Below, in pieces: positions 35,301-44,038 of a DNA stretch of 64,000 nucleotides. The DNA comes from Propionibacteriales bacterium (GTDB taxonomy: Bacteria; Actinomycetota; Actinomycetes; Propionibacteriales; Nocardioidaceae). The stretch is taken from positions 232,194 to 296,193 of the forward strand of contig JAPLCA010000008.1 of the NCBI GenBank assembly GCA_026392465.1, written 5' to 3'. How positions within the stretch are numbered: position 1 is the first letter of the stretch; each line of letters starts with the position of its first letter. Position numbers and translations under genes: made by a program. Under the pieces are notes generated by a model that was given only the letters and a program-made list of their open reading frames with translations, made no database searches and was not told the DNA's origin.

Positions 35301-36632
35301 TCAGGCATCGTGGCGCCACTCGATGACGGGAGCTGCGACCCGTGGGTAGTGCTCGATGACGACGACCTGAGGTTCGGTCCGGCGGTTCCAGGCGCGGGTG
35401 AACGCGGTCTGGGCGGGGATGGTGCGGGTGGGGAGGTGCCAGTGGGCGTTGCCGTGCTCGTCGTGGGTGACGGTCAGGGCTCCTCGGGTCTTGAGGCCGT
35501 GGTGGGGTGGGCAGCGGTGGTGCAAGTTCGCGGCGGTGGTGGGGCCACGTTGCTGCCCGGGTGGTTGTCCTGGTGGTGGGTCGGGGTCGTGCGGGATCTG
35601 GTGGTCGAGGTCGCAGGCGACGGCGGGGCGGGTGCAGCCGGGAACGTCACACGTGCCGTCGATCAGGTTCAACGCCCTGCGGAGGGGCTGGGTGGGGAAG
35701 CGGCCGAGCTCGGTGACGTCCAGGATCCCGCCGTTCTCGTCGGTCAACAACCGCGAGAACAGCGTCCCCTCTTGGGTGGCGAGCTCGGCGAGCAGGGCAG
35801 GGTCGAGGACGTGCTGCCCATCGGCCGACACAGCCGGCTCGCTCGAGACACCGAGCAGGGTGGCGAGGGAGACGGTGATGCCGAGGTGGAACCTGCCCCG
35901 CCCTGACGTGCCGACCGGCACGCGGCCAGCGTCGGTGTCGGTCTCGCGCTTGCGCAGGAGGGTGTCGGTGAGGGCGTCGGCGCGGGCCTGCGCCAACGTC
36001 CGGTCGTCGTCGGGGCTCTGGCTGCGGGAGGCTTTCGCTGCGAGGGTCAGGTCACGGTCGATCAGCACCGCGTCAGCGGTGGGGATGAGGGCCTGGAGCA
36101 GGCTCATCCCGTCATCCAGCGCGGTGATCGTGACAGTGCGATCCTCCTGCGCAGCCTGGCGGCGGGCGGTGGCGTGGTCGGGTTCGACCCGGACGAGGAA
36201 CCTGCGTAGCCAGCTCTTGAGCTGGCCCAGGGTGTGGGTGGTGGCGTAGGCGAGCACGGTCTCGTCCAACCGGGCGATGTTCTCCGGCGCGTGGAGCTTC
36301 CAGGCAGTGGAGGCGATCTCCCGCGCTTTGGCCCGGTCGACCTCACCGGCCTGGTGCGCAGCCCACACGGTCGGCAGGTCCATCACCAGGGTCCGGGTCG
36401 CCGAGACCAGGTTCGCGACGAACCCCTGCGCGACGTTGAGCTCGACCGCGGCTTCGAGGATCGCGACCTGCCGGGCGTCCTCCACCTGACGCGCGCTCAA
36501 TCCTTGGGTGAGGGCGTCGGTGCGGCGGGTCTCGACGAACCGCAGCACCGCCCGCGCCTGTTCCGCCTCCGCAGCCCACACCCGACGCGACGCGTCGACT
36601 GCGTCGGCCAGGAGGGTGTCGGTGGGGTTCAT
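35301..36632 (-). CDS. DUF222 / HNH endonuclease protein (13E12-repeat-like family)
   Basis: The N-terminal DUF222 pattern has AAEAEQARAVLRFVE. The C-terminal HNH region is CDVPGCTRPAVACDLDHQIPH…NLHHRCPPHH. Confidence 0.85.
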   Translation of the reverse strand: MNPTDTLLADAVDASRRVWAAEAEQARAVLRFVETRRTDALTQGLSARQVEDARQVAILEAAVELNVAQGFVANLVSATRTLVMDLPTVWAAHQAGEVDRAKAREIASTAWKLHAPENIARLDETVLAYATTHTLGQLKSWLRRFLVRVEPDHATARRQAAQEDRTVTITALDDGMSLLQALIPTADAVLIDRDLTLAAKASRSQSPDDDRTLAQARADALTDTLLRKRETDTDAGRVPVGTSGRGRFHLGITVSLATLLGVSSEPAVSADGQHVLDPALLAELATQEGTLFSRLLTDENGGILDVTELGRFPTQPLRRALNLIDGTCDVPGCTRPAVACDLDHQIPHDPDPPPGQPPGQQRGPTTAANLHHRCPPHHGLKTRGALTVTHDEHGNAHWHLPTRTIPAQTAFTRAWNRRTEPQVVVIEHYPRVAAPVIEWRHDA

Positions 36633-36701
36633 AGTTCCAACCTAGGCACCCCCTCCGACACCACCCTCCAGCCCAGAAAACCCTGTGGACGCAGCGATTC
36701 T

Positions 36702-37120
36702 CCGCTGGTCGAGTAGCGCGGAGCCGCTGGGGGCACCTCCCGCTTGCGGGGGCGGTACGAGCGTCGCCCGTGCGTATCGAGACCACTCTGGACGGTCGCT
36801 GGGAGCCGGTCCGCGCTGGGCCGTTGCCGGGTGGTCTCGCGCTGGGCCGTTGCCGGGTGGTCTCGATATGTCCGAGCCTCGCAAGCTCGCTCGGACTACT
36901 CGACCAGCGAAACCCTCCGCTGGTCGAGTGCCTCCACGAGCGCTAGCGAGGGGAGGTGCTGGAGCCGTCGCACGAGGGGCGTAGCCGCGACGGAGCGAGA
37001 CCATTCCAAGGGTTCGCTGGGAGCCGGTCCGCGCTGAATCCGTTGCCGGGTGGTCTCGATACGCACCGACGAGCTCGCTGGCGCTCGCCGTCGCTGCTAC
37101 TCGACCAGCGAATCCAGCGG
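36702..37120. repeat. Cluster of family-A interspersed repeats (A1, A2, A3 modules, both orientations)
   Basis: A1 (gcgctgggccgttgccgggtggtctcgata) occurs at about 36820-36839 (truncated), 36838-36870 and 37030-37064, with an inverted fragment at 36772-36786. A2 (ctactcgaccagcg…cgctggtcgag) occurs at 36896-36928 and 37097-37120, with an inverted half at 36702-36718. A3 (tcgctgggagccggtccgcgctg) occurs at 36796-36818 and 37013-37036. Confidence 0.8.
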
Positions 37121-37191
37121 CGTCGGGGGAGGGAGCGGCGGGGTGGGGTGGCCTAGGGTGAGGCGCACCGTCGATCGAGGGGAATGATCTC

Positions 37192-38562
37192 GTGGAAGTC
37201 GTCCACACCGCCATCGCCATCGTGCTCGTGGTCGGGCTGATCATCTGGGCGAAGGTCGACCCGGTGATCTCGCTCGTGATCGCCTGTCTCTACCTCGGTC
37301 TCGCCGCGGGAGTGGGGTTCGAGGGCACGATCACCGCCATCACCGGCGGGTTCGGCGAGATCATGACGAAGGTCGGTCTGCTCATCGGCTTCGGCGTGCT
37401 CATCGGCGCCCTCCTGCACTCGCTGGGCACGTTCCGCAAGCTCGTCCGGGCCCTGCTCTCGGTCGTGGGGGCGAAGCGCCTGCCCTACGCGCTCACCGGT
37501 GCGATGTCGACCGTGTTCCCCTCCATCTACGTCGACGTGCAGGTGGTGCTCGCCGCACCGATCGCGCGCTCGTCGGCGCGCCACGTGGGGCCTCGCGGGC
37601 TCGCGCACCTGGCCGGTGCGATCGGCACGGGCATCTTCGCGGGCTACGTGTTCGTCGTGCCCGGTCTGGCCGCCGTCACCATCGCGGGGATCCTCGAGAT
37701 CCCGCTCGGCACGTACATGATCGCGGGCATCGTCCTCGGTCCCGTCACCGCGCTGCTCACGACGTTCCTGTTCGGTCGGCTGCTCCGGGTCGGCTGGTGG
37801 AAGCCCGAGACCGACGAGGCGCAGGACGAGCCGCTCGACGGCGACGGCGTGGAGCAGAACACCGCCGGCACCGGTCCCGGCGAGGGCGCCAGCCGCAGCG
37901 ACGTCGACGTGCCGCTGCCGGTGGCCCTCCTGCCGATCCTCGTGCCCCTGCTGATGATCGCCGGTGGCGCGTTCGCCGACCTCGCCGACGTCACGAACGG
38001 GTTCGTCGCGTTCCTCGGCAACCCCAACGTCGCGCTGTTCGTCGGCCTGCTCGGCGCCTACCTGCTGGCGCGCGCAGCCACCGGCGTGGAGCGCACCGAC
38101 AAGGCGCTCAAGACCGGCTTCCACACGACGGGCGAGATCCTCCTCATCACCGGTATCGGCGGCTCGCTCGGTGCGGTCATCGAGGCGACCGGGCTCGACC
38201 AGACCCTCGCGTCGCTGTTCTCGGCGAGCGAGGGGGCTGCCGTCGTCACCAGCATCCTGCTGGCCTGGTTCATCGCCGCGGTGCTGCACCTCGCCATCGG
38301 CTCGGTGTCCGTGGCCGCGATCGCGGCGGCCGGCATCATCAGCCCGGTGCTCGGGTCCATCGACGTCGCACCGCTCGCGATCGGCCTGGCCGTCGCGTCG
38401 GGGTCGATGTTCGCGCTGACGGTGAACTCGAACTTCTTCTGGATGTTCAAGTCGCTGCTCGGCCTGACGACGAAGGGCGCGCTGAAGACGATGACCCTCG
38501 TCACCAGCATGGCCTCGCTGGTGTCGTTGCCGATGGTGCTCGCCGTCGCGTTCCTGGCCTGA
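37192..38562 (+). CDS. GntP family permease (gluconate/organic-acid:H+ symporter)
   Basis: 456 aa and polytopic. The N-terminus VHTAIAIVLVVGLIIWAKVDPVISLVIACLYLGLAAG and the overall organisation are typical of GntP. Confidence 0.88.
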   Translation: MEVVHTAIAIVLVVGLIIWAKVDPVISLVIACLYLGLAAGVGFEGTITAITGGFGEIMTKVGLLIGFGVLIGALLHSLGTFRKLVRALLSVVGAKRLPYALTGAMSTVFPSIYVDVQVVLAAPIARSSARHVGPRGLAHLAGAIGTGIFAGYVFVVPGLAAVTIAGILEIPLGTYMIAGIVLGPVTALLTTFLFGRLLRVGWWKPETDEAQDEPLDGDGVEQNTAGTGPGEGASRSDVDVPLPVALLPILVPLLMIAGGAFADLADVTNGFVAFLGNPNVALFVGLLGAYLLARAATGVERTDKALKTGFHTTGEILLITGIGGSLGAVIEATGLDQTLASLFSASEGAAVVTSILLAWFIAAVLHLAIGSVSVAAIAAAGIISPVLGSIDVAPLAIGLAVASGSMFALTVNSNFFWMFKSLLGLTTKGALKTMTLVTSMASLVSLPMVLAVAFLA

Positions 38563-38564
38563 GG

Positions 38565-39005
38565 TCAGGGCTCGACGCGGTAGCGACCCTCGAGCGCCAT
38601 CTCGATCGTCTGGATCCTGGGCAGGTCGAGGCATCGGCTGACCACGCCGAGCACGACCCGGTCGGGCTGCACGTCGACCTCGACGTCGTACCCCGACGGC
38701 ACCGAGGCGCGCACGGCGTCGGCCAGGCCCGACGGCGGTGCCGACGCGAGGTCGAGGGTGGCGTCGACGCGGTGCACGACCGCGTCGCTGCCCCGGCCCG
38801 GGCAGCGCTGGGTGTCGGCGCGTCCCGAGAGGGTGTCGTCGGGGGCCAGCGTCACGCGCTCGCCGACGGTGAGCAGGGCCGACCGGGCGGCCTCGTCCGC
38901 GCGGTCGCGCCACCGCGCGGCACCGTCGACGTCGACGGGCTGCGCGCACCCCGCTGTCAGCAGGGCGAGCGCGGCCACGGTCGTGCCGAGCTGTCGGGGC
39001 GTCAC
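38565..39005 (-). CDS. Hypothetical lipoprotein
   Basis: This is the tail of track ORF 38565..40862. The GTG start forms a GTGA overlap with the acyl-CoA oxidase stop. Lipobox LLTAGC. The coordinate may be off by 1 (see the rejected note on 38940/39120). Confidence 0.5.
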   Translation of the reverse strand: MTPRQLGTTVAALALLTAGCAQPVDVDGAARWRDRADEAARSALLTVGERVTLAPDDTLSGRADTQRCPGRGSDAVVHRVDATLDLASAPPSGLADAVRASVPSGYDVEVDVQPDRVVLGVVSRCLDLPRIQTIEMALEGRYRVEP

Positions 39006-40903
39006 TGCTTCAGGAGCATCGCGGCGCCGAGGGTCTCCTCGGGCACGCCCAGTCCCTCGACGAGGGTGAGCAGGTGCGGACGCAGCTCCGCGAGTTGCTC
39101 GTTCAGCAGCTGCGTGACGGCCTTGGCGCGCTGGTCGGAGATGCGGTTGTGGGCCATGAACCACGCGAGGTCGTCCTCGACGACGCTCAACGCGTACACG
39201 GTGCACACCTGGCGCAGGAGGTTCGCGGCCTCCTCGTCCTCGCAGCGGGCGATGCCGGCCGTGAAGGCCTCCAGCACGACCCGGTCGACGTGCGCGCGAC
39301 CGCAGCGGATCAGGTGGTCCTGCGCGTCGTTGAAGATGCGGAAGGCCTCCTCGCCCTTGGCCTTCGCGGCCCGCTGGAGCCGTCGGGCGGCGGTCTCGAT
39401 GAGGTGCTGCTCGCGGTCCTCGAACAGGCTCAGCTGCGTACCGCGGTCGAGCAGGTCGTGCGCGTCGCCGCCGGCGGGCGCGGCGTCGATGAGGCGCTGG
39501 ATGAGCTGGCTCGCGGCCGTCCGCTCGCGCACCGTGTCGGCGACCGTCTCGGCGACGAACCGGACCATGCCGAACGGGTCGAGCCCGCCGACCTCCTTCG
39601 CGTAGGAGGTGAGCAGCTCCTTGCTGAGCAGCTGCAGCATGACGTGGTTGTCGCCCTCGAAGGTCGTGAAGACGTCGATGTCGCCGCGCAGGACGGTGAG
39701 CCGGTTCTCGGCGAGGTAGCCGGCGCCACCGCACATCTCGCGCGACTCGTTGATCGCGCGGGACGCGTGCCAGGTCATGATCGCCTTCAGGCCCGCGGCG
39801 CGGCCCTCGAGCTCGCGCTGCTGCTGCGCGTCGGGCTCGGTGGCCCGCTGCAGACGGTCCATGCGCGAGACCTGCTGGTTCTGCGCGAAGCGGTAGGCGT
39901 AGGAGCGGGCGAGCAGGGGCAGCAGCCGGCGCTGGTGCACGCGGTAGTCGGCGAGCAGCACCTCGGGCTCGCCCTCCTGGCCGAACTGGCGACGCTGCAG
40001 CGCGTAGCGGCCGGCGATGCTGAGCGCGACCTCCGCCGCGGCGAGGGCCGACCCGCCGACGCTGATCCGTCCCCGCACGAGCGTGCCGAGCATGCTGAAG
40101 AAGCGACGGTTCACGTCGTCGATGGGTGAGGAGTACGTGCCGTCCTCGGCGACGTCGCCGTACTTGTTCAGCAGGTTGACGCGGGGGATGCGCACCTGGT
40201 GGAACGCCAGACGTCCGTTGTCGACACCGCCCAGGCCGCCCTTGTGGCGGTCGTCGCCGATCTCGACGCCCTCGAGCGCATCTCCCTTGTCGTCGCGGAT
40301 CGGGACGAGGAAGCAGTGCACGCCGTGATTCTCGCCGCTGGTGACGAGCTGCGCGTAGACGGCGGCCACGGTGGCGTGGGCGGCGGCGTTGCCGATGTAG
40401 TCCTTCGTCGCCGAGGGCGTGGGCGAGTCGACGACGAACTCCTGGGTCTCGGCGTCGTAGGTGGCGGTCGTCTCGAGGTGCTGGACGTTGCTGCCGTGCC
40501 CGATCTCGGTCATGGCGTAGCAGCCGACGAGGTCGAGCTCGATGAGTCGCGGGATGAGGTCGCGGTGCCGCTCGGTGCCGAGGTTCTCGACCGCGCCGCC
40601 GAACAGGCCCCACTGGACACCGGCCTTGACCATGAGGGACAGGTCGAACTGGGCGAGCATCTCGATGCCGGTGACCGCCATGCCCGGGTCGCCGCCACCG
40701 CCGTGCTCGGTGCGGAAGCCGGCAGCCGGCACGCCCGTCGGCACGAGGCCGTGCAGCTGGCGCAGCGTCCGCTCGCGCGCGGCGTCGATGTCGAGGTCGA
40801 GGTCGTAGGCCAGGTCCATCGCCGCGAGCTCCGTGCGCGACTGCTCGCGCACGTGCCGCCACTTGCCGTCGAGGGCGATGCGGACTTCGTCGGACAGCGT
40901 CAT
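39002..40903 (-). CDS. Acyl-CoA oxidase / ACOX-like acyl-CoA dehydrogenase
   Basis: ATG 40903 lies within track ORF 39002..41674. Motifs CYAMTEIGHGSNV, the beta-barrel middle domain, and GGAGYLAENR. The long C-terminal helical extension is typical of acyl-CoA oxidases. Confidence 0.85.
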   Translation of the reverse strand: MTLSDEVRIALDGKWRHVREQSRTELAAMDLAYDLDLDIDAARERTLRQLHGLVPTGVPAAGFRTEHGGGGDPGMAVTGIEMLAQFDLSLMVKAGVQWGLFGGAVENLGTERHRDLIPRLIELDLVGCYAMTEIGHGSNVQHLETTATYDAETQEFVVDSPTPSATKDYIGNAAAHATVAAVYAQLVTSGENHGVHCFLVPIRDDKGDALEGVEIGDDRHKGGLGGVDNGRLAFHQVRIPRVNLLNKYGDVAEDGTYSSPIDDVNRRFFSMLGTLVRGRISVGGSALAAAEVALSIAGRYALQRRQFGQEGEPEVLLADYRVHQRRLLPLLARSYAYRFAQNQQVSRMDRLQRATEPDAQQQRELEGRAAGLKAIMTWHASRAINESREMCGGAGYLAENRLTVLRGDIDVFTTFEGDNHVMLQLLSKELLTSYAKEVGGLDPFGMVRFVAETVADTVRERTAASQLIQRLIDAAPAGGDAHDLLDRGTQLSLFEDREQHLIETAARRLQRAAKAKGEEAFRIFNDAQDHLIRCGRAHVDRVVLEAFTAGIARCEDEEAANLLRQVCTVYALSVVEDDLAWFMAHNRISDQRAKAVTQLLNEQLAELRPHLLTLVEGLGVPEETLGAAMLLKQ

Positions 40904-40962
40904 GCGCCGAACGCTACTCGCGCTCGGGGGTCCCCGCAGCGCTGCGAGCGAGCCGTCCGGGA

Positions 40963-41631
40963 TCAGGCCGGGGCGACGAAGATCGCGGCCGCGGCCACGT
41001 GCCCGAGGTCGCGACGGGCGCCGTCGAGCTCGACGGCCAGCGTGCCCGCGAAGTCGTGACGCTCGACGAGCCGCAGGGTGACGCCGAGGGTCATCCCGAG
41101 GTCGACGAGGTGGCGCAGGAGGGCGGGGTCCTCGTCGGAGACGCGCACGACCCGCAGCTGTGCGGGCGCCTCGACGTCGACGAGGGGCCGGGCGTCGAGG
41201 ACGGGCAGGCGTCCGTCGGCGGTGGGGATGGGGTCGCCGTGGGGATCGAACTCGGGGTGCCCGAGCCGGGCGGAGAGGCGCTCCACGAAGTCGTCGCTGA
41301 CGGCGTGCTCGAGCACCTCGGCCTCGTCGTGCACCTCGTCCCAGGCGTAGCCCAGGTAGTCGACGAGGAAGGTCTCGACGAGGCGGTGGCGTCGCACCAT
41401 CGCGAGCGCGGCGGCACGGCCGGCGTCGGTGAGGGTGGCCGTGCCGTAGCGCTCGTGGTCGACGAGGCCCGCGGCGGCGAGCTTCTTCAGCGCCTCGGAG
41501 ACGGTCGAGGGGGAGACGCCGAAGCGCTCGGCGAGGGCTCTCGACGTGACGGGGGTGTCGTCCCACTCCTGACTGGTCCAGATGACCTTCAGGTAGTCCT
41601 GCATCGAGGACGACAGGGCGGAGGCGGGCAC
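40963..41631 (-). CDS. DtxR/MntR family metal-dependent transcriptional regulator
   Basis: Motifs MQDYLKVIW, VSPSTVSEALKKLAAAGLV and the dimerisation/metal site RHRLVETFL…HDEAEVLEH, plus a C-terminal SH3-like FeoA domain. Confidence 0.85.
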   Translation of the reverse strand: MPASALSSSMQDYLKVIWTSQEWDDTPVTSRALAERFGVSPSTVSEALKKLAAAGLVDHERYGTATLTDAGRAAALAMVRRHRLVETFLVDYLGYAWDEVHDEAEVLEHAVSDDFVERLSARLGHPEFDPHGDPIPTADGRLPVLDARPLVDVEAPAQLRVVRVSDEDPALLRHLVDLGMTLGVTLRLVERHDFAGTLAVELDGARRDLGHVAAAAIFVAPA

Positions 41632-41739
41632 CGGTCCAGGGTAGGGGAGGTGGGACGCGCGCCGCGGGGCTCACGACGTCCTCACCATGTTCGGTCCACC
41701 GAACTTGTGTGTTCCGCCTACGGTGGTAACGTGTCCTGC

Positions 41740-41892
41740 ATGGCGAACATCGCGCACCCCGGGTCCTCGCAGCCGGCAGCTCCCCGGCTCGACGCCGTGC
41801 AGCTGCGGCTCCTGCGCTCGGGTCTGCTGCGCACGGTGCTCTTCGTCGGTGGGTTCGTCGCCGTCGTGGCGGTGGGCGGCCAGGTCGGCTGA
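41740..41892 (+). CDS. Possible 50-aa single-TM protein
   Basis: ATG 41740. The sequence is MANIAHPGSSQPAAPRLDAVQLRLLRSGLLRTVLFVGGFVAVVAVGGQVG. It has a strong third-position GC bias, lies divergent from the DtxR-like gene, and ends in the same frame as track ORF 40999..41892. Confidence 0.3.
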   Translation: MANIAHPGSSQPAAPRLDAVQLRLLRSGLLRTVLFVGGFVAVVAVGGQVG

Positions 41893-41946
41893 CCCGCGCC
41901 TGCCGGTGCGCATAGGGTCGTGGTGCAACCCGACCCGGAGGATCCC

Positions 41947-42441
41947 ATGACCGGATGGACCACGCCCGACCTCTGCGACGACCACCACCCCGACCGCGTG
42001 TCGGTCGTGCAGCCCGGGCTGCTGCGCGGCTTCGGCGGGCGGGAGGCCTTCGCCGGCCCCGTCGAGACGGTGGCCTGCTTCGAGGACAACTCCCGCGTCA
42101 AGGAGCTGGGCGAGCAGCCCGGCGAGGGCCGGGTCCTCGTCGTCGACGGCGGCGGCTCCCTGCGACGGGCGCTGCTCGGCGACCTGATCGCCGCGCGCTA
42201 CGTCGAGAACGGCTGGGCCGGCCTCGTCATCCACGGGGCCGTGCGCGACGTGGAGGTGCTGCGCGACCTCGACCTCGGCGTGCAGGCCGTCGCGCCCACG
42301 CCCGTGCGCACCGAGCGGCGGGGCCTCGGCGACGTCGGCGTCGAGCTGGCCTTCGGGGGCGTCACGGTACGGCCCGGCCAGTGGGTCTACGCCGACGCCA
42401 CCGGAGTGCTCGTGGCCGAGGGTCGACTCGACGCGGTGTGA
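41947..42441 (+). CDS. rraA: RraA family protein (ribonuclease E activity regulator / HMG aldolase-like)
   Basis: ATG 41947. Motifs [39 protein letters not shown] and the overall length fit RraA. Confidence 0.85.
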   Translation: MTGWTTPDLCDDHHPDRVSVVQPGLLRGFGGREAFAGPVETVACFEDNSRVKELGEQPGEGRVLVVDGGGSLRRALLGDLIAARYVENGWAGLVIHGAVRDVEVLRDLDLGVQAVAPTPVRTERRGLGDVGVELAFGGVTVRPGQWVYADATGVLVAEGRLDAV

Positions 42442-43781
42442 GCACCTCGCCCACGGGCGGGCAGGACTGGAGGCGCGGTCGGCCGGTCGACACCGCTCCT
42501 CCGTCGCGACCGCCCCGGTACGACCACCCACCGGGCAAGGCGGGCCGGTCGTGGCGTCTGGGTGACGTCGTCGACGGCGCGTTCTTCGTCGTCGGCGCCC
42601 TGCTGGCCGTCTGGCTCGGCTGGGAGCTCGCGCCGACCGACGTGGACGGGTGGCGCGGCCTGCTCAGCTGGGACGGCGCGGCCTGGTTCGTGCTGTTCTG
42701 GGTGCTGCTCGCCTACGTCGGCCTGCCGCGCCTCCAGCAGGTGCTGAGCAAGGTGTACGTGCCCGACTACTTCATCGGGCGGACCCTCACGACCGTGGGC
42801 GTGCTGGGCGACCCCGTGAACCTGGCGCTCGACGGGACCGAGGCCGACGTGCACGCGGCGATGGCCGGCGCCGGCTGGACCCGGGCCGACGAGGTGACGC
42901 TGCGCTCGTCGTGGGGCATCGTCGTGTCGGCCCTGCTGCGCCGGTCCTACCCCGCGGCGCCGGTGTCGCCGCTGCTCCTGTTCGGCCGCCCCCAGGCCTT
43001 CGCCTACGAGCGCGAGGTCGACGGCAACGCCGCGCAGCGGCACCACGTGCGGTTCTGGCCGGTCCCGGACGGCTGGGTGCTGCCCGGGGGCTTCCGCGTC
43101 GACTGGCTCGCCGCCGCCACCTACGACCGTGCCGTCGGCCTGTCGCTCTTCACGCTGCAGGTGACCCACAAGGTCGACGCGAACGTCGACGTCGAGCGCG
43201 ACTTCGTCGTCGAGTCCGTCCGCTATGCCGTGCCGTCGGCCAGGCTGCGGGTCGTGGAGGACTTCTCGACCGCGTTCACGGCACGCAACGGCGGCGGCGA
43301 CGTGGTGCGCAGCGACGGCACGCTCGCGGTGCTCGACCTGACGGGGCTCCGTGCGCCGAGCCGGCCGGCCGCACCGCCGGCCGGCTCGACCTGGGAGCAC
43401 CACCTGCCCCCGCCGTCGCTGCTGCTGAGCGGCGTCTTCCTCGTGGCCAAGGCGGTGCTCGCCGTCGCCGGCGCGGTGGCCGTGACCGCAGCCGACGTCC
43501 TCACGTCGTCGGCGTCGGTGGCGGAGGTGGTGCGCCTGAGCGGTGCGACGGTCCTGGGAGCCCTGCTGTGGGGTCTCGTCGTGGCGCGACGGGCGCTCGC
43601 CCGCGTGCTGCTGATGGCGGTGTGCACGGCGGAGGCCGTGCTGCAGCTGGCGCTGCTGGCCGGCGAGCCCCGCCCGAGCCTGGTCGTGCTGGGCTCCGCA
43701 GGACTCTCCGTGCTGGTGGTGGTCTCCGTGAGCTCCTCGGAGGTGCGCCGGTGGGTCGCGCGGCGGCCGACGGACGCCTGA
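42438..43781 (+). CDS. Membrane protein with an LssY-like C-terminal-type domain
   Basis: GTG 42438 (GTGA overlap with rraA). TM segments flank the region [28 protein letters not shown]…RHHVRFW, as I recall for the LssY C-terminus family. A C-terminal polytopic tail follows. Confidence 0.55.
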   Translation: MSTSPTGGQDWRRGRPVDTAPPSRPPRYDHPPGKAGRSWRLGDVVDGAFFVVGALLAVWLGWELAPTDVDGWRGLLSWDGAAWFVLFWVLLAYVGLPRLQQVLSKVYVPDYFIGRTLTTVGVLGDPVNLALDGTEADVHAAMAGAGWTRADEVTLRSSWGIVVSALLRRSYPAAPVSPLLLFGRPQAFAYEREVDGNAAQRHHVRFWPVPDGWVLPGGFRVDWLAAATYDRAVGLSLFTLQVTHKVDANVDVERDFVVESVRYAVPSARLRVVEDFSTAFTARNGGGDVVRSDGTLAVLDLTGLRAPSRPAAPPAGSTWEHHLPPPSLLLSGVFLVAKAVLAVAGAVAVTAADVLTSSASVAEVVRLSGATVLGALLWGLVVARRALARVLLMAVCTAEAVLQLALLAGEPRPSLVVLGSAGLSVLVVVSVSSSEVRRWVARRPTDA

Positions 43782-43796
43782 GATCCCGGTCTCAGG

Positions 43797-44020
43797 CCTC
43801 GCTCGGCGGCCGCAGTGGGTGGTACCGTCCGCCTGTCAGTCGACACACCACTCCACGTGCCCGACTGCGGGGAAGCCGGTCGAAGTCCGGCGCTGACCCG
43901 CAACCGTAGCCCCCGCCGCGCGTCGTCGGGGGGAGCCGGAACACCGCACCGGGCACCCGACCGAATCACGCTGTCGCGGTCGCAGCGGGTCTCCCCTCGA
44001 GGGGTGCCCCTGCTCTTTTG
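43797..44020 (+). promoter_or_regulatory. Cobalamin (AdoCbl) riboswitch with a terminator-like expression platform
   Basis: Core GGGGAAGCCGGTCGAAGTCCGGCGCTGACCCGCAACCGTAGCC (43869-43911) and a B12-box-like GGAGCCGGAACACCGCACC. Next come the palindrome cccctcgagggg (43993-44004) and ctcttttg. The RBS gggtgagga and ATG 44039 follow. Confidence 0.75.
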
Positions 44021-44038
44021 CAGCGGGTGAGGACCCCC

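Noticed and set aside
36690-37125. A possible CRISPR array, given the many short repeats.
   Set aside because: The repeats come in three different modules and in both orientations. Spacing is irregular, with no unique spacers of uniform length, and there are no cas genes in the window.
38937-39122. An apparent +1/-1 discrepancy between my hand translation and the ORF track. I read an extra c around 38940 and a missing g around 39120, which would put stops into both track ORFs 38565..40862 and 39002..41674.
   Set aside because: Both anomalies fall exactly at line ends of the printed sequence and cancel each other. Outside this ~180-nt stretch my translation agrees with the track. I attribute the discrepancy to my own reading or counting error, not to a real frameshift or programmed event. 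Coordinates here follow the track frames and may be off by 1.
39002-41674. The N-terminal 257-aa extension of the acyl-CoA oxidase ORF (GTG 41674), and the long upstream part of ORF 38565..40862.
   Set aside because: The extension is Arg/Pro/Ala-rich and overlaps the well-supported DtxR-like gene (40963..41631) in another frame. A clean ATG at 40903 gives a normal ACOX N-terminus. For 38565..40862, only the last 146 codons look protein-like (lipobox).
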